The notes below the pieces were generated by a model. The model ran no database searches, was not told the origin of the DNA, and saw only the letters and a list, made by a program, of their open reading frames with translations. The position numbers and the translations under genes are program-made. DNA of 64,000 nt from Phyllobates terribilis (Eukaryota), in assembly GCF_046119375.1 (NCBI RefSeq), contig NW_027362773.1:110608001-110672000 (forward strand), written 5' to 3'. This document shows positions 40,469 to 63,963 of the stretch, in pieces. How positions within the stretch are numbered: the first letter of the stretch is position 1; each line of letters opens with the position of its first letter.

Positions 40469-41968
40469 AAAGAGGCGCTGTCACCATAAATATGCATTTT
40501 GTAAATGCCACTATTCTGAATCTTGTGGTTTCTTTTTGTTTCTGCACCTCTCTGTTCCTGAGATACGGCCCCTTAATCTAAACGTCTTATTAGCCAAATG
40601 GGTGTGTATTTATACAGATTACTCCCCTTTGGCTAAAAAAAAAAAAGATTAGATTTTATATACAGGGAAAAGGGGCCATATTTCAGGAACATAGGAAAAA
40701 CATTGGATTCTGAACAGCAGCAATTACACCAAGTAACACAGTAGGAGCTAATTTCCTATTATACATTGAACTCGATAATAACATAAAACCTCATGCACTG
40801 TTCTGTTTTCACAAAACTCTACCCCCTTTAAGTACTTTCTGCAGCTCCATGGATCTGGTGTACAAACAGTGATTGTCGTAAATGACTAAGCCAAATTTCT
40901 CAACGGTTTATGCCATTTATTACGCTATTTCAGAGCAACTACACCCAAAAACTGGCTAACGTTTTGTTGTGAAATGACACTTATTATTTTTGTACATAAG
41001 TCACAAACATCACTTATTCAAGAAAGGACGTAGGTGTCTTGGAAAAAAAAAAAGCGTGGAACAAATATATACATTTATGGTGTAAAAATTTTTTTACAAT
41101 GCATGGAAACTTTTGCATTGGCAGGTAATGCCTTTGTCTCAGGCTCTTATCTAACATTGGGCTGAAAAAGTTGTGCTGGCGTCATTTGCGACAAATATAT
41201 AGTTAAAGGTGCAACAGTCCAGCAATATACAGTGGCAGAGATGATAAGGGTGCTAAGGATTTGCCATAAAATACGGCATTTTTTGATGAACATGGTGTGC
41301 AATACTGTATACGATGACCTTTTCTTGACGTGTGGAATATATTGGTCCTTTAAATTGATAAGGACTCTTTACGCCTCTCTTAATAGGCACTCTGGACTCG
41401 TATGCCTTTTAATAAATTGGGAGTATCCTCACTGTCCGTATGCCTGAAGATAATTTTCCTGGCAGAAATTATAGTCAGTCGTCCCACCTCATTCTGCTAT
41501 GAGGGGCTAGATTGTCAGAAAAAAAAATTAAAATCCTCAAATTATAGGGGAAAATTATGGCATAATCCATAATTTGACTTCTTTTAAGCCAAAAAAAAAA
41601 AAACAAACTGGTGCCGGGGCAGTGATAAATGTTTCCCACTATTTCTACAATCCATTCTTCAGTACTTGTGGTTCTTTCCTGGCTGGACATGCTCCCTGGT
41701 GGACTAGAGGTTACAGGGAATGTCAATTAATGGATCACCTAGAGAATGAATCTCTTCCTTGTGGTCATTACTATAGAATTATCGATTATTTTTCATTCAT
41801 GGTGAACTATAGCGGTAGATATTGGCCAACAATTCAGTGCATACACGCCTATGTATCCTGGTAGGTAAGTGGGCTACTTGACATGGTACAGGTTGGTTAA
41901 GCTGCATGCTTGGCAGTAGGTGCTGGTAGACGCTGTTCTTTGAAATGACCCCCATTAATAATACTGTC

Positions 41969-52439
<10,471 letters not shown>

Positions 52440-52757
52440 CTTGTCTAGTTTGTATCTCCGAAGTGTACAGTGAGAATGGATTCTAATTTTCTTGAAATAC
52501 CATTTGGTGGAATGTTTTCCAAGAGCACAATAAAGTTGATGATCATAAAATTTTAAAATTGGAACACAATATCAAAAGATCTTATTAGAGTTGTCCAGGA
52601 ACGTCTTTCAAGACTGTAGCAAATTGAAAATGAGAGGTCCACTTTGTCCTGTTGTTGAGTATCCAGTGTTTCTTGATTGATGATGGAACTTCACCGTGTC
52701 TATGTCCAAAGATGAAGAACCAACTCAAGAAAATAACAAGTCCATGGATGACAGATT

Positions 52758-53033
52758 TGACGTCACTCTGTATAACCTGAAGATAAGACTATGGGTTTTT
52801 GATTGAGTCGTGAAATACCAGATTTGTCCTATTTGATCTCCAGAAAGTCTACTTAGGTGAGCATCAAAAACTTCTGGGAGTCTTCAGTATGATTGCTCTT
52901 CCAAAGCTGGAATATACATGGATGAAGCGTGAGTGTCTTCTGTAAAAGAACCAGTTGTGAAATAACGGTGGGGGGAGGATCCTCTGTATTATTATTTTTT
53001 TTCATCATCTTCTTTCAACCTGCTGAACCGGTT
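52758..53033 (-). promoter_or_regulatory. Candidate ovol1 proximal cis-regulatory cluster: CRE (52758-52765), OVOL site (52963-52968), GRHL palindrome (53026-53033)
   Basis: TGACGTCA, CCGTTA (minus strand) and AACCGGTT lie within 280 bp, 0.3-0.6 kb upstream of the ATG. Motif matches only. Confidence 0.5.
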
Positions 53034-53976
53034 TTAGAACCGCTTGGAGTGAGGTGGAAACGCTTCAGGGAGGAGATGAAGATTGGTAAGGTGGGGACAT
53101 GGCTTCTGGGTGGGAGAAAGAAAGGACCCACACCCTGACCTGCACATACATTTCCACATGAAAATCAGGTAGCTCTTGTTAGGAGTATGTGCATGAGCCT
53201 GTTAGAAGGGTGTGTGTATTTTTGTGGTGTGAAAACAGTGACACACAGTTGCGCAGTGTCTGTATGTAGGACACGTAACTGTCATCTCTTAACGCTCTAC
53301 AGTCGTCTGACATGAGCCTGCAGCTCATTCTAGCACTGGTGTCCCATCTATTACAGAAGTACAAAGTTGGCCATTCCTCCTCCATGTAGAGATCTAGAGA
53401 CCACCAATCCACCTTCAACTCCTCTGCCAGAAAAAAACACCTATCCCCTCGTTACTTCTCTGCCTCTCCCAATCCCTTCCTCGCCCAGATTACACAAAAA
53501 CTTTAGTGCAAAATATTAACAATGACTTACAAGGCAGTTCATAACCTATCATTTTCATTAGAGTTGAGAAATTTTTTTTGCAAGTCTGGAGTTCATATTG
53601 GTACTCCTTGGTAGTTGGACCATTGCAGTGCAAACTTCATCAGCTGGCACTCGAATGTCGGCATCTTATGCGCCTCTTGTGATTACTTGATTACCGCAAT
53701 GTCATGACATCATGACTTCACACACATCATGAGACCCAGTAATCAAGAGAGGAACCTAAAATGCCGGTATTCGGGTGCCAGCTGCACTTCCCTTCTCTGG
53801 CTGCCAAGGAGTTTTAATGTGGACACTGAACTAGGGTCCTTCAAATCTTTTAACTCGACTCTACCCTCACTTAATCTTCAGCTTCCTCCTCACAAATAAT
53901 CTCCTGTCCTCGCAAGACAACTTTCTCTGCTCCTCACAAAACCAACCCCAAAACTGCTACCATACACCCCACATAC

Positions 53977-54637
53977 TGTTACGGATCCGGGTGGTGGAAC
54001 CTTTGTGCTGTGATGCAAGGAGGGACCAGAGGGGCGTAACTAAGTGCCTACCCGGACTGACCCTGGTCACACGGCGGCTTAGTCGACTCCGTGAACCAAG
54101 GAGGGACCGGGAAGGTGAACCAGGTGCCACTTTGGGACCGACCTTGTGTGAGAGCAGGCGACTTCCACGGGACTGATGGCCGAAGCCGACAGGCACAGCA
54201 GATGAACACGGCTGGTAGACAGGCAGGAGATGCGGGTAGACAAGCAGGCGGGCACAGCAGATAGACAGGCAGGTGGGCATGGCTGATAGGCAGGTGGGCA
54301 CAGATGATAGACAGGCAGGTGAGCACGGGAACCTGAGGGCTGGAGAGAGTATTAGTACAGAAACAACAACGCACAGGCACCTCCATATTGGAGTAGGTGC
54401 CTTATATAAGGGCAGTCCTCCGGCTATTGGCCGGGGAATCTTTAGGACGGCGCGCGGCCCCTTTAAGAGGGAGGGAGCGCACGTGCGTGTGCCCTAAGCA
54501 CAGTGCACGGGGAACTGCGCGTGGTGCGCGCACCCCGGGCAGATGCAGCAGGGGAGCCAGAGGATGCCGCACCGGGACTGCGGCGGTGAGGGGATTGGCA
54601 TCTCTGCCCAGCAGTAGGCAGAGACGCCGACGCTACA
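53977..54637 (-). mobile_element. Solo LTR (661 bp) related to the 2646-10008 Gypsy LTRs, co-oriented with ovol1
   Basis: TGTTACGGATCCGGGTGG...GACGCTACA, perfect TSD CATAC; retains CCAAT (about 54427) and TATATAA (about 54405). Confidence 0.95.
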
Positions 54638-54907
54638 CATACCTTGGAACCTCACTACTCTAATACACCAAATTCTCACCTACTATATAAACATTTGAAA
54701 GCAACCTGTAAACCCAGGTTTTCAGACTACCTACAGACTAAATAAAACCCTGCTGCCAACAGACTGCCATATGATCAGCTTTTACGCTTATCTACTGTCT
54801 CTTTCCCCTTCCACATGTAGTTTGTAATCCCTCATGGGTGTGCTGTTTCCTCATGGGTTGAGTCCATCCTTTCCATTTATTATACTTGTCTTCTACCTTA
54901 TGTTATA

Positions 54908-56574
54908 CAGCGGGTCAAATAAGTATTGAACATGTCACCAATTTTCTAAGTAAATATACAGTACAGACCAAAAGTGTGCCAAGAGTGTGCAAAGCAGTCA
55001 TCAAAGCAAAAGGTGGCTACTTTGAAGAACCTAGAATATAAGACATATTTTCAGTTGTTTCACACTTTTTTGTTAAGTATATAATTCCACATGTGTTATT
55101 TCATAGTTTTGATGCCTTCAGTGTGAATGTACAATTTTCAAAGTCATGAAAATACAGAAAAATCTTTAAATGTGAAGGTGTGTCCAAACTTTTGGTCTGT
55201 ACTGTATTTCTAAAGGTGATATTGACATGAAATTCTCACTAAATGTCGGCAACAACCCATCCAACCCACACAGGCAAAGAAATCAAACCATAGATGTCCA
55301 TAAATTATGTGTAATAATGAGAAATGACACAGGGAAAAAGTATTGAACACACTTACTGAAATGTAATTAATATTTCATACAAAAACCTTTGTTGGTGACA
55401 ACAGCTTCAATACTCCTCCTGTATGGAGAAACTAGTCGTAGGTATTGCTCAGGTGTGATTTTGGCCCATTCTTCCACACAAACACTCTTCGAATTCTGAA
55501 AGTCCCGTCGGCTCCTTCTATGAACTCTGAGCTTTAGTTCCTTCCATAAATTTTCTATTGGATTCGGATCAGGTGATTGCCTGTGTCATTCTAGCAGCTT
55601 TATTTTCTTTCTCTGAAACCTATTGAGAGTTTCCTTGGCTGGGTGTTTGAGATCATTGTCTTACTGAAATGACCACTCTGGTTTCATCTTCATCATCCTG
55701 GTAGATGGCAGCAGATTTTTTTCAAGAATGTCTCAGTACATTTGTCCATTAATCTTTCCTTTAATTATATGAAGTTTGCCAGTGCTGTATGCTGAAAAAC
55801 AGCCCCACACAATGATGTTCCCACCACCAAACTTCACTGTTGGTGTGGTGTTTTTGGGGGGTTTTGCAGTGCCCTTTGGCCTCAAAACATGGTGTCTATT
55901 ATGGAATCCAAAGAGTTAAATTTTGGTCTCATCTGACCAGACTATATTCTCCCAGTATTTCACAGGCTTGTGTAAATGTTGTTCAGCAAATTTTAAACGC
56001 GCTTGAACATGTTTTTTGTTCAGCCATTAAATCTTGCGTGGTGAGCATGCATACAGGCCATGGAGGTTGAGTGAATTACTTTTAGTTTTCTTTGAAAAAT
56101 TTTTACCTGCTGATTCCAGGTCTTTCTGTAGCTCTCCAAGGATGGTCCCTGGCTCTTGGACAACTCTTCTGATAATTCTTTTCACTCCTTTGTCTTAGAC
56201 CTTGTGGGGAGCACCTGGTTGTGGCCGCTTTATGGTGAAATTATGTTCTTTCCACTCCCCGGATTATGACCCCAACAGAGCTCACTGGAACAGCCAGTAG
56301 TTTAGAAATTCTTCTGTAACCAATGCCATCAGTATATTTTGCAACAATAAGGTTGCAAATGTTTTGAGATGGCTCACTGGTTTTACCCATCATGAGATGA
56401 TTCTTGTGTGGCACCCTAGTAGTGAGACACCTTTTTATAGGCCATCCGTTGAACCAGCTGATATTATTTTTCACTAAGTGGCAGGATTGCTTTCTAATTA
56501 CTGTTAGATTTCAGCTGGTGTCATGACTTTTCATGGCTTTTTGCACCTCTCTTTCTTCATGTGTTCAATACTTT
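54908..56574 (-). mobile_element. Tc1-like transposon G, decayed
   Basis: TA|CAGCGGGTCAAATAAGTATTGAACA, partial inverted end GTGTTCAATACTTT; MMGKTSEPSQNICNLIV... Confidence 0.88.
54959..55204 (+). mobile_element. 246-bp internally deleted Tc1-A family element nested in the TIR of Tc1-G
   Basis: TA|CAGTACAGACCAAAAG joined directly to the transposase tail and an intact right end ...GGTCTGTACTG|TA. Confidence 0.9.
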
Positions 56575-57633
56575 GACATTTAACTAATGACATGGATGGA
56601 ATATATATGTATATCTGAGATTAACATCTGAACAGTGTAGATGAAATTACTGTAATTCCAGTGGATAGCTAACAAAGTGGTAGTGACTGTAGGAAAGCAC
56701 CGTACCCCTCCACTCAGCATGAGGTTTCTTTTAGGATGATCTTATTTTCGGTCCAAGTGCTGTCTGTGAAAAAAAACGAAGAGCACTTGGATCAATGTTA
56801 TTCAATTAGGCTGTTCAGATGACCGTTTTTTTCACATTTACTCATGTCTGCGTGAAAAATAAAAATCTCAGCATGTGCTAGTTTCTTCCTTATTTCAGAT
56901 GAGACTCACTCATTCAAGTCTGTGGATGCACAAAAAAACGGATTAACCGCATAGTATCCAATTTTCATGGATACATTGTGCTTTTTCACCCTTGTTTTTG
57001 TAAATTTTATTAACTACTGATGTATAAAAACGGATGAAAGATCATCTAGTTATTTTTTTCTGGATGAAAATCAAAAGATTTTTTTTTTTTATATGCTCAT
57101 GTGAACTAAGTCTAACAGGTAATGTTTTATATTAGATTGGATTTGATAGCTGTATGTTGTTCTCCATCTTGTCATTGCTAAATGCATGGCAGGACATTTA
57201 TAATTCGATGAAGAACAGAATCTCCAGGAACAAGTACAAACCTGGGAATATAATGAGTCACTGAAATAAAACCATAACTCATCTATAATAAGTCATCAGA
57301 TCAAAGCAGTTATCTATCACCTTCTGCCAGAATAAACACCGGGACACCTACACTGTATACTAATAGGCACAACTCAATCACAGCCTGGCATCATAGGCAA
57401 CATTCAACTTCACTGCCTGATCAACACATTGCCGCATAAGGAAAAAAACGAGCAAAATATAGAATAAAGCAGCAATAAAAAGAAAGTGAACCGCACTGAA
57501 AATCTGTTATGGCTACAGAATTAGTTTTTTTTTTTTTTTAGAAATAAAGAATAAGACCAGAATCATGCGTAAAACCCGATTCATAATTTGTGCTTTTTTG
57601 GTCTAGTTTTTGGTGTTTTCCATTTGCGCTTAA

Positions 57634-57998
57634 GACTATATTCACACGCAACATTTTTGCAGTATTTTTTTTTCAGCAGCTAACACCATAAAAAAATGGT
57701 ACATTCAAAATGCCTGTTTCTTGTTTTTTTTTATGCGGATTACTTGTGGGATTTGTCTACAGTATGTTTAATTAAGTGGGTTTTTTTGTTTTGTTTTTTC
57801 TACCAAAAATGCTGGAAAAAGAATAGTCATGCTGCAGATTTAAAAAACACTGTAATCTTCCAATTCAGTCGGAAAAAAAAAACGTGTGAATGAGATTACT
57901 GAAATCTCATAGGTTTTGCCGGTACTACAAAAAAAAAAAAAAAACAGTTTATAATTTGCATAAAAAAAGGATCAAAAACGCAATGTGTGGACATAGCC
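57634..57998. mobile_element. Harbinger-type MITE
   Basis: TAA|GACTATATTCACAC ... GTGTGGACATAGCC. Confidence 0.6.
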
Positions 57999-58001
57999 TC
58001 A

Positions 58002-58612
58002 GGGTATGTGCTCATGTTAAGTATTAGCTGTGTTCTTGTCGCAATTTTTGAATCATTTCCTAGTGCCAGCAAATGTATGAAATGCTTGAAGTCTCATGCA
58101 CACGTTGCTTATTTTTTCCTTGCAGATTTAAGGCTATCTTCAAACGTTGTGTTTTTGCTGCATTTTTTTTCTGCAGGCAAAACCTGCTCTCTTGCCGGTA
58201 AAGAAGCAGCTTCAAAAAAGCAGGTTTTGCTGAGTTTTTGCTGCGTATTTGCTGCGTTTTTATAGTCTCATGTGCATGCTAATAAAGTTTAGTGTCCTCA
58301 AAAAAAAATCATGCAACTTCCTTAAGGTTTTGGCACCAAAAAAGCAGTAAAACCTGATGCCTGCGTTTTTTGCTGCGTTTTTGCACTTACTCGTTGCTTT
58401 CTATGGGTGAAAAAAACGCTGCAAAAACACTGAAAGAAGTGACATGTTGCAATTTGCAAAAACAGAGCAGTTTTCCAAATCAGTCAGGAAAAAAAACAAC
58501 AATGTATGTGGATGAGATTTCTGAAATCTCATAGCTTTTGCTGGTACTGTAAAACGCAGCTTAAAAGTTGCATAAAAAAAACGCAGCAAAAACGCACCGT
58601 GTGAACATAGCC
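58002..58612. mobile_element. Harbinger-type MITE abutting the previous one
   Basis: GGGTATGTGCTCA ... GTGTGAACATAGCC|TAA; shares a GAGATT(T/A)CTGAAATCTCATAG block with 57634-57998. Confidence 0.62.
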
Positions 58613-59360
58613 TAAAGCAACTTCAAATCTGCAGCATGTCAATTCTTTCAGCTTTTTTCACCCATACTAATGCATGGGAAAAAATGCAAGTAAAAACCCA
58701 CGTATTTTACGCTGTTTTTCCTGCCAAGAGACATGTTTATGGTGTAAAAATGTCCGTTATTTCCTCCCCCACTGAACTTAGCCATAGCTTTTTTTTTCCT
58801 TTTGAATTACACCATTTATTTTATCATGTATGAATATACTGGAAAACAGGAAAAGAAAAAAATCCAAGTGCATTGAAATAGTGATTAAGACAATACCAAA
58901 TTTAAATTTTTTTTAAAGATTTTAGCAACTAAAAAATTTCAGAACTCTGAACAAAAAAAAAATTGGAACAACATGGTCTTCTGCAGTGACTGACAGTGGC
59001 ATTTAAATGGCTAAACAGCAGCAATCAGAACCAGCTCTGCTCACTGCTATTACAGTTTGATGCCAGCTGTCCAACACAGACACCATCTTGATTCCCATCA
59101 AGCACATTAGGGGCTTCCTTGGTCAGTGATTACACAGGGAGCTGCCAGCAGCAGATCTTGATGATTTGCCTAAGTGCTTTCAGCGATGCAGAACCTTCCT
59201 CATTAACATGTCTACCCGCCTTGTGATTTCCATCATTGCATGACTTTTCCATCATTGCACGACTTTTCCTTCATCGTGTTGCAATTTCAATGTTGAGGAA
59301 TGTAAAACAGCGATGTTAGCAAAAAAAATCTATTAAAGCAGCAAAAGGTATTTGCATTAA

Positions 59361-59693
59361 AGCAGATCTGTCACCAAATTTCACAATACAAACTGCATAC
59401 AGTATTAAATAAATCCTTTTGACTTCAAGAGGCTGGTGTACTTACACTGAAAATCCATGTCACAATGGCTGTGTAGTCCTTTTTTTTTTTTTTTTTACAG
59501 TTTTCCTGTCTTATATTCAAATGAGTATTTTCTTCAGATCTATAAAATAAATGCTCATCTTCATATCTGAATTATTTAGCTATACTGACAAGGTATTTTT
59601 TTTTCAACGCATGTACACCAGCCTCATCAGATTTAAGACATCTATTTGTTATTGTATGAAGTTTGAATTGTAAAATTTGGTGACAGAACTGCT
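59361..59693. mobile_element. T2/Kolobok-type MITE
   Basis: TTAA|AGCAGATCTGTCACCAAATTT ... AAATTTGGTGACAGAACTGCT|TTAA. Confidence 0.82.
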
Positions 59694-60439
59694 TTAAAAC
59701 TGCAAGTCCCAACACAACCGTTAGTTTACTGCCGACTACATGGGCGCAGTATAGTCAGAATATGGCCTGGAGTATGCAAATCGCATACTTGCAGTCACAT
59801 GACCGCCCCCTCCTGGCGAATCATTACAGCGTGAGATGTGAGGCTTTACAAGTCTGCAATCACATAGAGCGACTGCAGACTTGTAGCCTAAGGCCGGACA
59901 ACCCCTTTAAATATCAGGAGCAGAACCCTGCAACAGCTGTTGTTCTTAGTGGGGGTCCGCTCGATGACAAAAAGCAGAGGAAGCAAGCATAGACATGGAT
60001 GTAACACACAGACAATATTAACGTCAGGATTTACATTGTCTACACTGATATTTTTAAATGTTCATTTGCTGCCTAAATACAAAGATAAGCAACATTCTAA
60101 ATATTCTCCATTAAAAATGTTCTAACATTTTGCTGCCCCAGTGTCTGCAATTCCTTTATCTAGCTCAACGCTTTGCAAAAATGTTACAAATCCGTCAGCG
60201 CTCCTGCTCAGTTCTAATGGCTCTTGGCTATCATCCTCCCTTCTCTTAGTATTAGAAATAACAGCAGGGAGGTGGTTGTACCAGAACTCCAAGGTATGAA
60301 GAGGGGAGAAAGTATATTTACAGTTTCAGGGAGGGTAGAGAAAACAAACTATTGAAGAGGAGGAAAGTGCATGAAGTGGAAATAAGTAAAATACTGGAGC
60401 CTTGTTGATGCGGGAACTAAAGAATACACAGACGGCACA

Positions 60440-61601
60440 TCTAGCTCATATTACTGGGAGAGGCAGAGTTATCATATCCAGCCTTTATTACCGGGAGAGC
60501 CAGAGTTATCATATCCAGCCTTTGTTACTGGGAGAGACAGCGTTATCATATCCAACCTTTGTTACTGGAAGAGACGAAGTTATCATATCCAGCTTTTATT
60601 ACTGGGAGAAACATAGTTATCATATCCAACCTTTATTACTGGGAGAGGCAGAGTTATCATATCCAGCCTTTATTACTGGGAGAGACAGAGTTATCATATC
60701 CAGCCTTTATTACTGGGAGAGACAGAGTTATCATATCCAACCTTTATTACTGGTAGAGTCAGTTCTTATATCCAGCCTTTATTACTGGGAGAGACAGTTA
60801 TCATATCCAGCCTTTATTACTGGGAGAGACAGAGTTATCATATCCAACCTTTATTACTGGTAGAGTCAGTTCTTATATCCAGCCTTTATTACTGGGAGAG
60901 ACAGTTCTCATATCCAGCCTTTATTACTGGGAGAGACAGAGTTATCATATCCAGCCTTTATTACTGGGAGAGACAGAGTTATCATATTTAACCTTTATTA
61001 CTGGGGGAGACAGAGTTATCATATTTAACCTTTATTACTGGGAGAGACAGGGTTTTCATATTCAGCTTATATTACTGGAGGAGACAGAGTTATCATATCC
61101 AGCCTTTATTACTGGGAGAGACAGAGTTATCATATTTAACCTTTATTACTGGGAGAGACAGGGTTTTCATATTCAGCTTATATTACTGGAGGAGACAGAG
61201 TTATCATATCCAGCCTTTATTACTGGGAGAGACAGAGTTATCATATCCAGCCTTTATTACTGGGAGAGACAGAGTTATCATATTTAACCTTTATTACTGG
61301 GAGAGACAGGGTTTTCATATTCAGCTTATATTACTGGAAGAGACAGAGTTATCATATCCAGCCTTTGTTACCAGGAGAGACAGAATTATCATACCCAGCC
61401 TATATTACTGGGAGAGACAGAGGTATCATATCCAACCTTTATTACTGGGAGATACTGAGTTATCATATCCAGCCTTTATTACTGGAAGATATAAAGTTAT
61501 CATATCCAACTTGTATTACTGGGAGAGACAGAGTTATCATATCTAGCCTTTATTACTGGGAGAGACAGAGTGATCATATTCAGCCTTTATTACTGGGAGA
61601 G
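60440..61601. repeat. 37-bp minisatellite (ACTGGGAGAGACAGAGTTATCATATCCAGCCTTTATT)n, about 31 copies
   Basis: Read directly. Confidence 0.96.
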
Positions 61602-62642
61602 ACACTCCCACAAGAGGAAGATCTGAAACTGGTATCAGGCTGCAAATGTGGCACCCCAGGGGTCTGGTTTCCACAGTAACAGCAATGTTATGTCTGAGAG
61701 CAGGTGGGAGGTCTCTTGGTCAGGAATCCTATGCATGCCACACCTCCTGCCCAGTCCTGGGAGGGGAAGGACTTCCCCTATATAAACCTGGGGCTGAGGC
61801 AGGGTTAGTCAGAAGAGTAGAGAGAAGAAGAGAAGCAGTAATAGGAAAGAAAGATCAGGAGCTCTGTGGGAGTCGTGCTAAGAGGAGGTCAGGGCTGGAA
61901 GCTGTAGAGCTCGCCCTGATTGAAGATTTCTTACCAGACCCGGAGTCCGAGGCTGTGGGGACTAACTCCTACCCAGCAGCAGAAACCGACCGGCAGGGGA
62001 TTTCAGGTTCTCTGGCCCAGAAACCCGAAGGCTCGGTCACAAGAGTGGGACCAGCACCGCCGTCGTGGAGCGGAAGCTACTAGAAGGCCCCGAGTCACCG
62101 GCCATACGGGTGAGCACCACACGGTACACTCAGGGACGTGGGCTACCTTTACCCGCCTCTAGCAAGGTAGCCAGAAGAGTACAATTAGTTGGGGAGGCCT
62201 ACAACTCCGCCTGGCCAAGGGGGATCCCATCAGCTCAAGGACTGACCAGGCCCCGACCGCTAGCCAGTACTCCGGGAGGGTCTATCTTTGTCACCAGTAA
62301 AGACCCTGAACTACACCGCATCGTCTCTGAGTGATTCCTGCTACCCCCATCATCCACGTCGGCTGCCCTGAGGCCATACCCCTCCCGTTGGGGGTTATAC
62401 CATCCACGCTGCACCATCCTTCCACCGGCCTCAGCGGTCTGCCCTGCAGCGGCAGCTCCATAGCTGCATTCAACGGGTGGCGTAGTCGTCCTACATCTAC
62501 TGCTAATATACCGCCACTTAGTCTGACTCCCTGGGCACGGACCGGGTCACCGCCACGAGACTACTACCCCTATCAGATCCGGCTCCGGGTAGTCCCTGCG
62601 TGCGCAACGCTACATCACATAGGCCCAGGGCGCGTCAACTTT

Positions 62643-62660
62643 TGGCGTAGTCGGCAGGAT
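62643..62660 (+). promoter_or_regulatory. Primer-binding site complementary to the tRNA-Ser 3' end
   Basis: TGGCGTAGTCGGCAGGAT is the reverse complement of ATCCTGCCGACTACG-CCA (vertebrate tRNA-Ser end, from recall). Confidence 0.85.
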
Positions 62661-63027
62661 CTCGTGCCCGCAACCACCGGGTACTGCGTGCCTGAAAAAG
62701 ACTGTTCAAACTTACCAGTGGTGAAGATTCCCGCCATCCGGCGCCATCTTTTGCCTTCTTCCCGCCATCCGTGGAGTTTTCCCGCCGTTGGACGCCATCT
62801 TGAAGACGCCGCGCGGGAAGAAGAGGGGCGTGGACTCCGAAAGCGCGCGAGAACTGAAGCTCCGCCTCACGTCCAGACGTCGCGTAAGGTCCTGGAAGGA
62901 GCCCAGCAGACGCTGACGTCACAGGAGCGCGACGGAAGGTCCTCAACCCTGACGATCCACTGCGGAGCCGCGGCCTACGGAAGAGGATCATCGCAAGGTA
63001 GGCCACGGTCCACTAGGGGGGAGGAAG

Positions 63028-63963
63028 ATGTCGGATACGGAGGAGAGCTTCACTGCCTCAACCCCCGCCAGCGCCACCGCTGCTGCAGTCATGCCTTTCA
63101 CCATGCCCTATATCCCGGGAGCGGCCTGGCTACCCCAGTACTCAGGGGAGTCACATACTCTGCATGACTTTAGAGAAAAGCTGGATAGCCTCTTCCAGGT
63201 GTACCCCCTCACAGAAGAGCAAAAAGTGAGCATCCTGGTGGCCCAATTAACTGGGGCAGCCCAAAGGGAGGTAAAGTCCTGGCCACCTGGGGGGAGGACT
63301 GTCGCAGGGATACTAACCCGGCTGAAGGACACCTTTGATACCCGCACCTCAGCCGAGATCAAGCTTAGATTCTACGGGTGCAAGCAGCGAGCACAAGAGA
63401 GTACAAGGGACTATGCACTAAACCTACAAGAGGCCCTGAGAGCCATTAAGCAGACTGACCCTGACGGCGTGGGAGACGAGGACCGGCTGTTGACTGAACA
63501 ATTTATAGAGGGTTTATATTGCAATGCCCACCGAACCCAGTTGCGGGCAATGGCCTTACAGGACCCTCATCTGGGATTTGCACAGTTCAAGGACAGAGCC
63601 ATCCGGGTGCTCCGAGAACCGGCACCAGGTGGCGTTGTGACCCACAGACGCCCCACTACCACTTACCACCAGGAGGCGGCGCCCTTGTCGGCAGGGCCTG
63701 TGGGAGCTGATGCGCAGGCTTTGAACAATGACCCGGCTCCCGACCTGCACCATCAGGTCCAAGAGCTAGCTAAAAGCGTTGCTGCGCTAACCCGAACTGT
63801 GCAGTCTTTACAGGTTTCTACTCCAGGGAAGATCCAGCTGGCATCCGGACCGGAGGACATCCCGTGGCGCCGACCAAGGAGGACCCCACCGGCCAGAGGA
63901 AGACCCAGCGACCGATACAACGAGGACGGACAACCTATCTGCCGCCGCTGCAATCAACCCTGA
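63028..63963 (+). pseudogene. Gypsy gag (311 aa) with a premature TGA inside the zinc knuckle
   Basis: LPQYSGE..., LTGAAQREV, E....Y...L capsid motifs; CRRCNQP*HMARYC. Confidence 0.85.

Noticed and set aside
52440-52574. In-frame upstream extension of ovol1
   Set aside because: The frame is open for about 44 codons but has no ATG before the TGA at 52572-52574, and no supporting acceptor was identified.
53179-53418. Minus-strand 79-aa ORF as an extra ovol1 exon
   Set aside because: It lies upstream of the SNAG-initiating Met, which must be N-terminal, and has no convincing similarity. The true exon 2 was found at 48379-48551.
53641-53783. Hairpin upstream of ovol1 as a structured ncRNA or pre-miRNA
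   Set aside because: The imperfect nested inverted repeats are typical of the MITE remnants abundant in this window.
60402-61679. ORFs in the 37-bp array
   Set aside because: Minisatellite translation artefacts.
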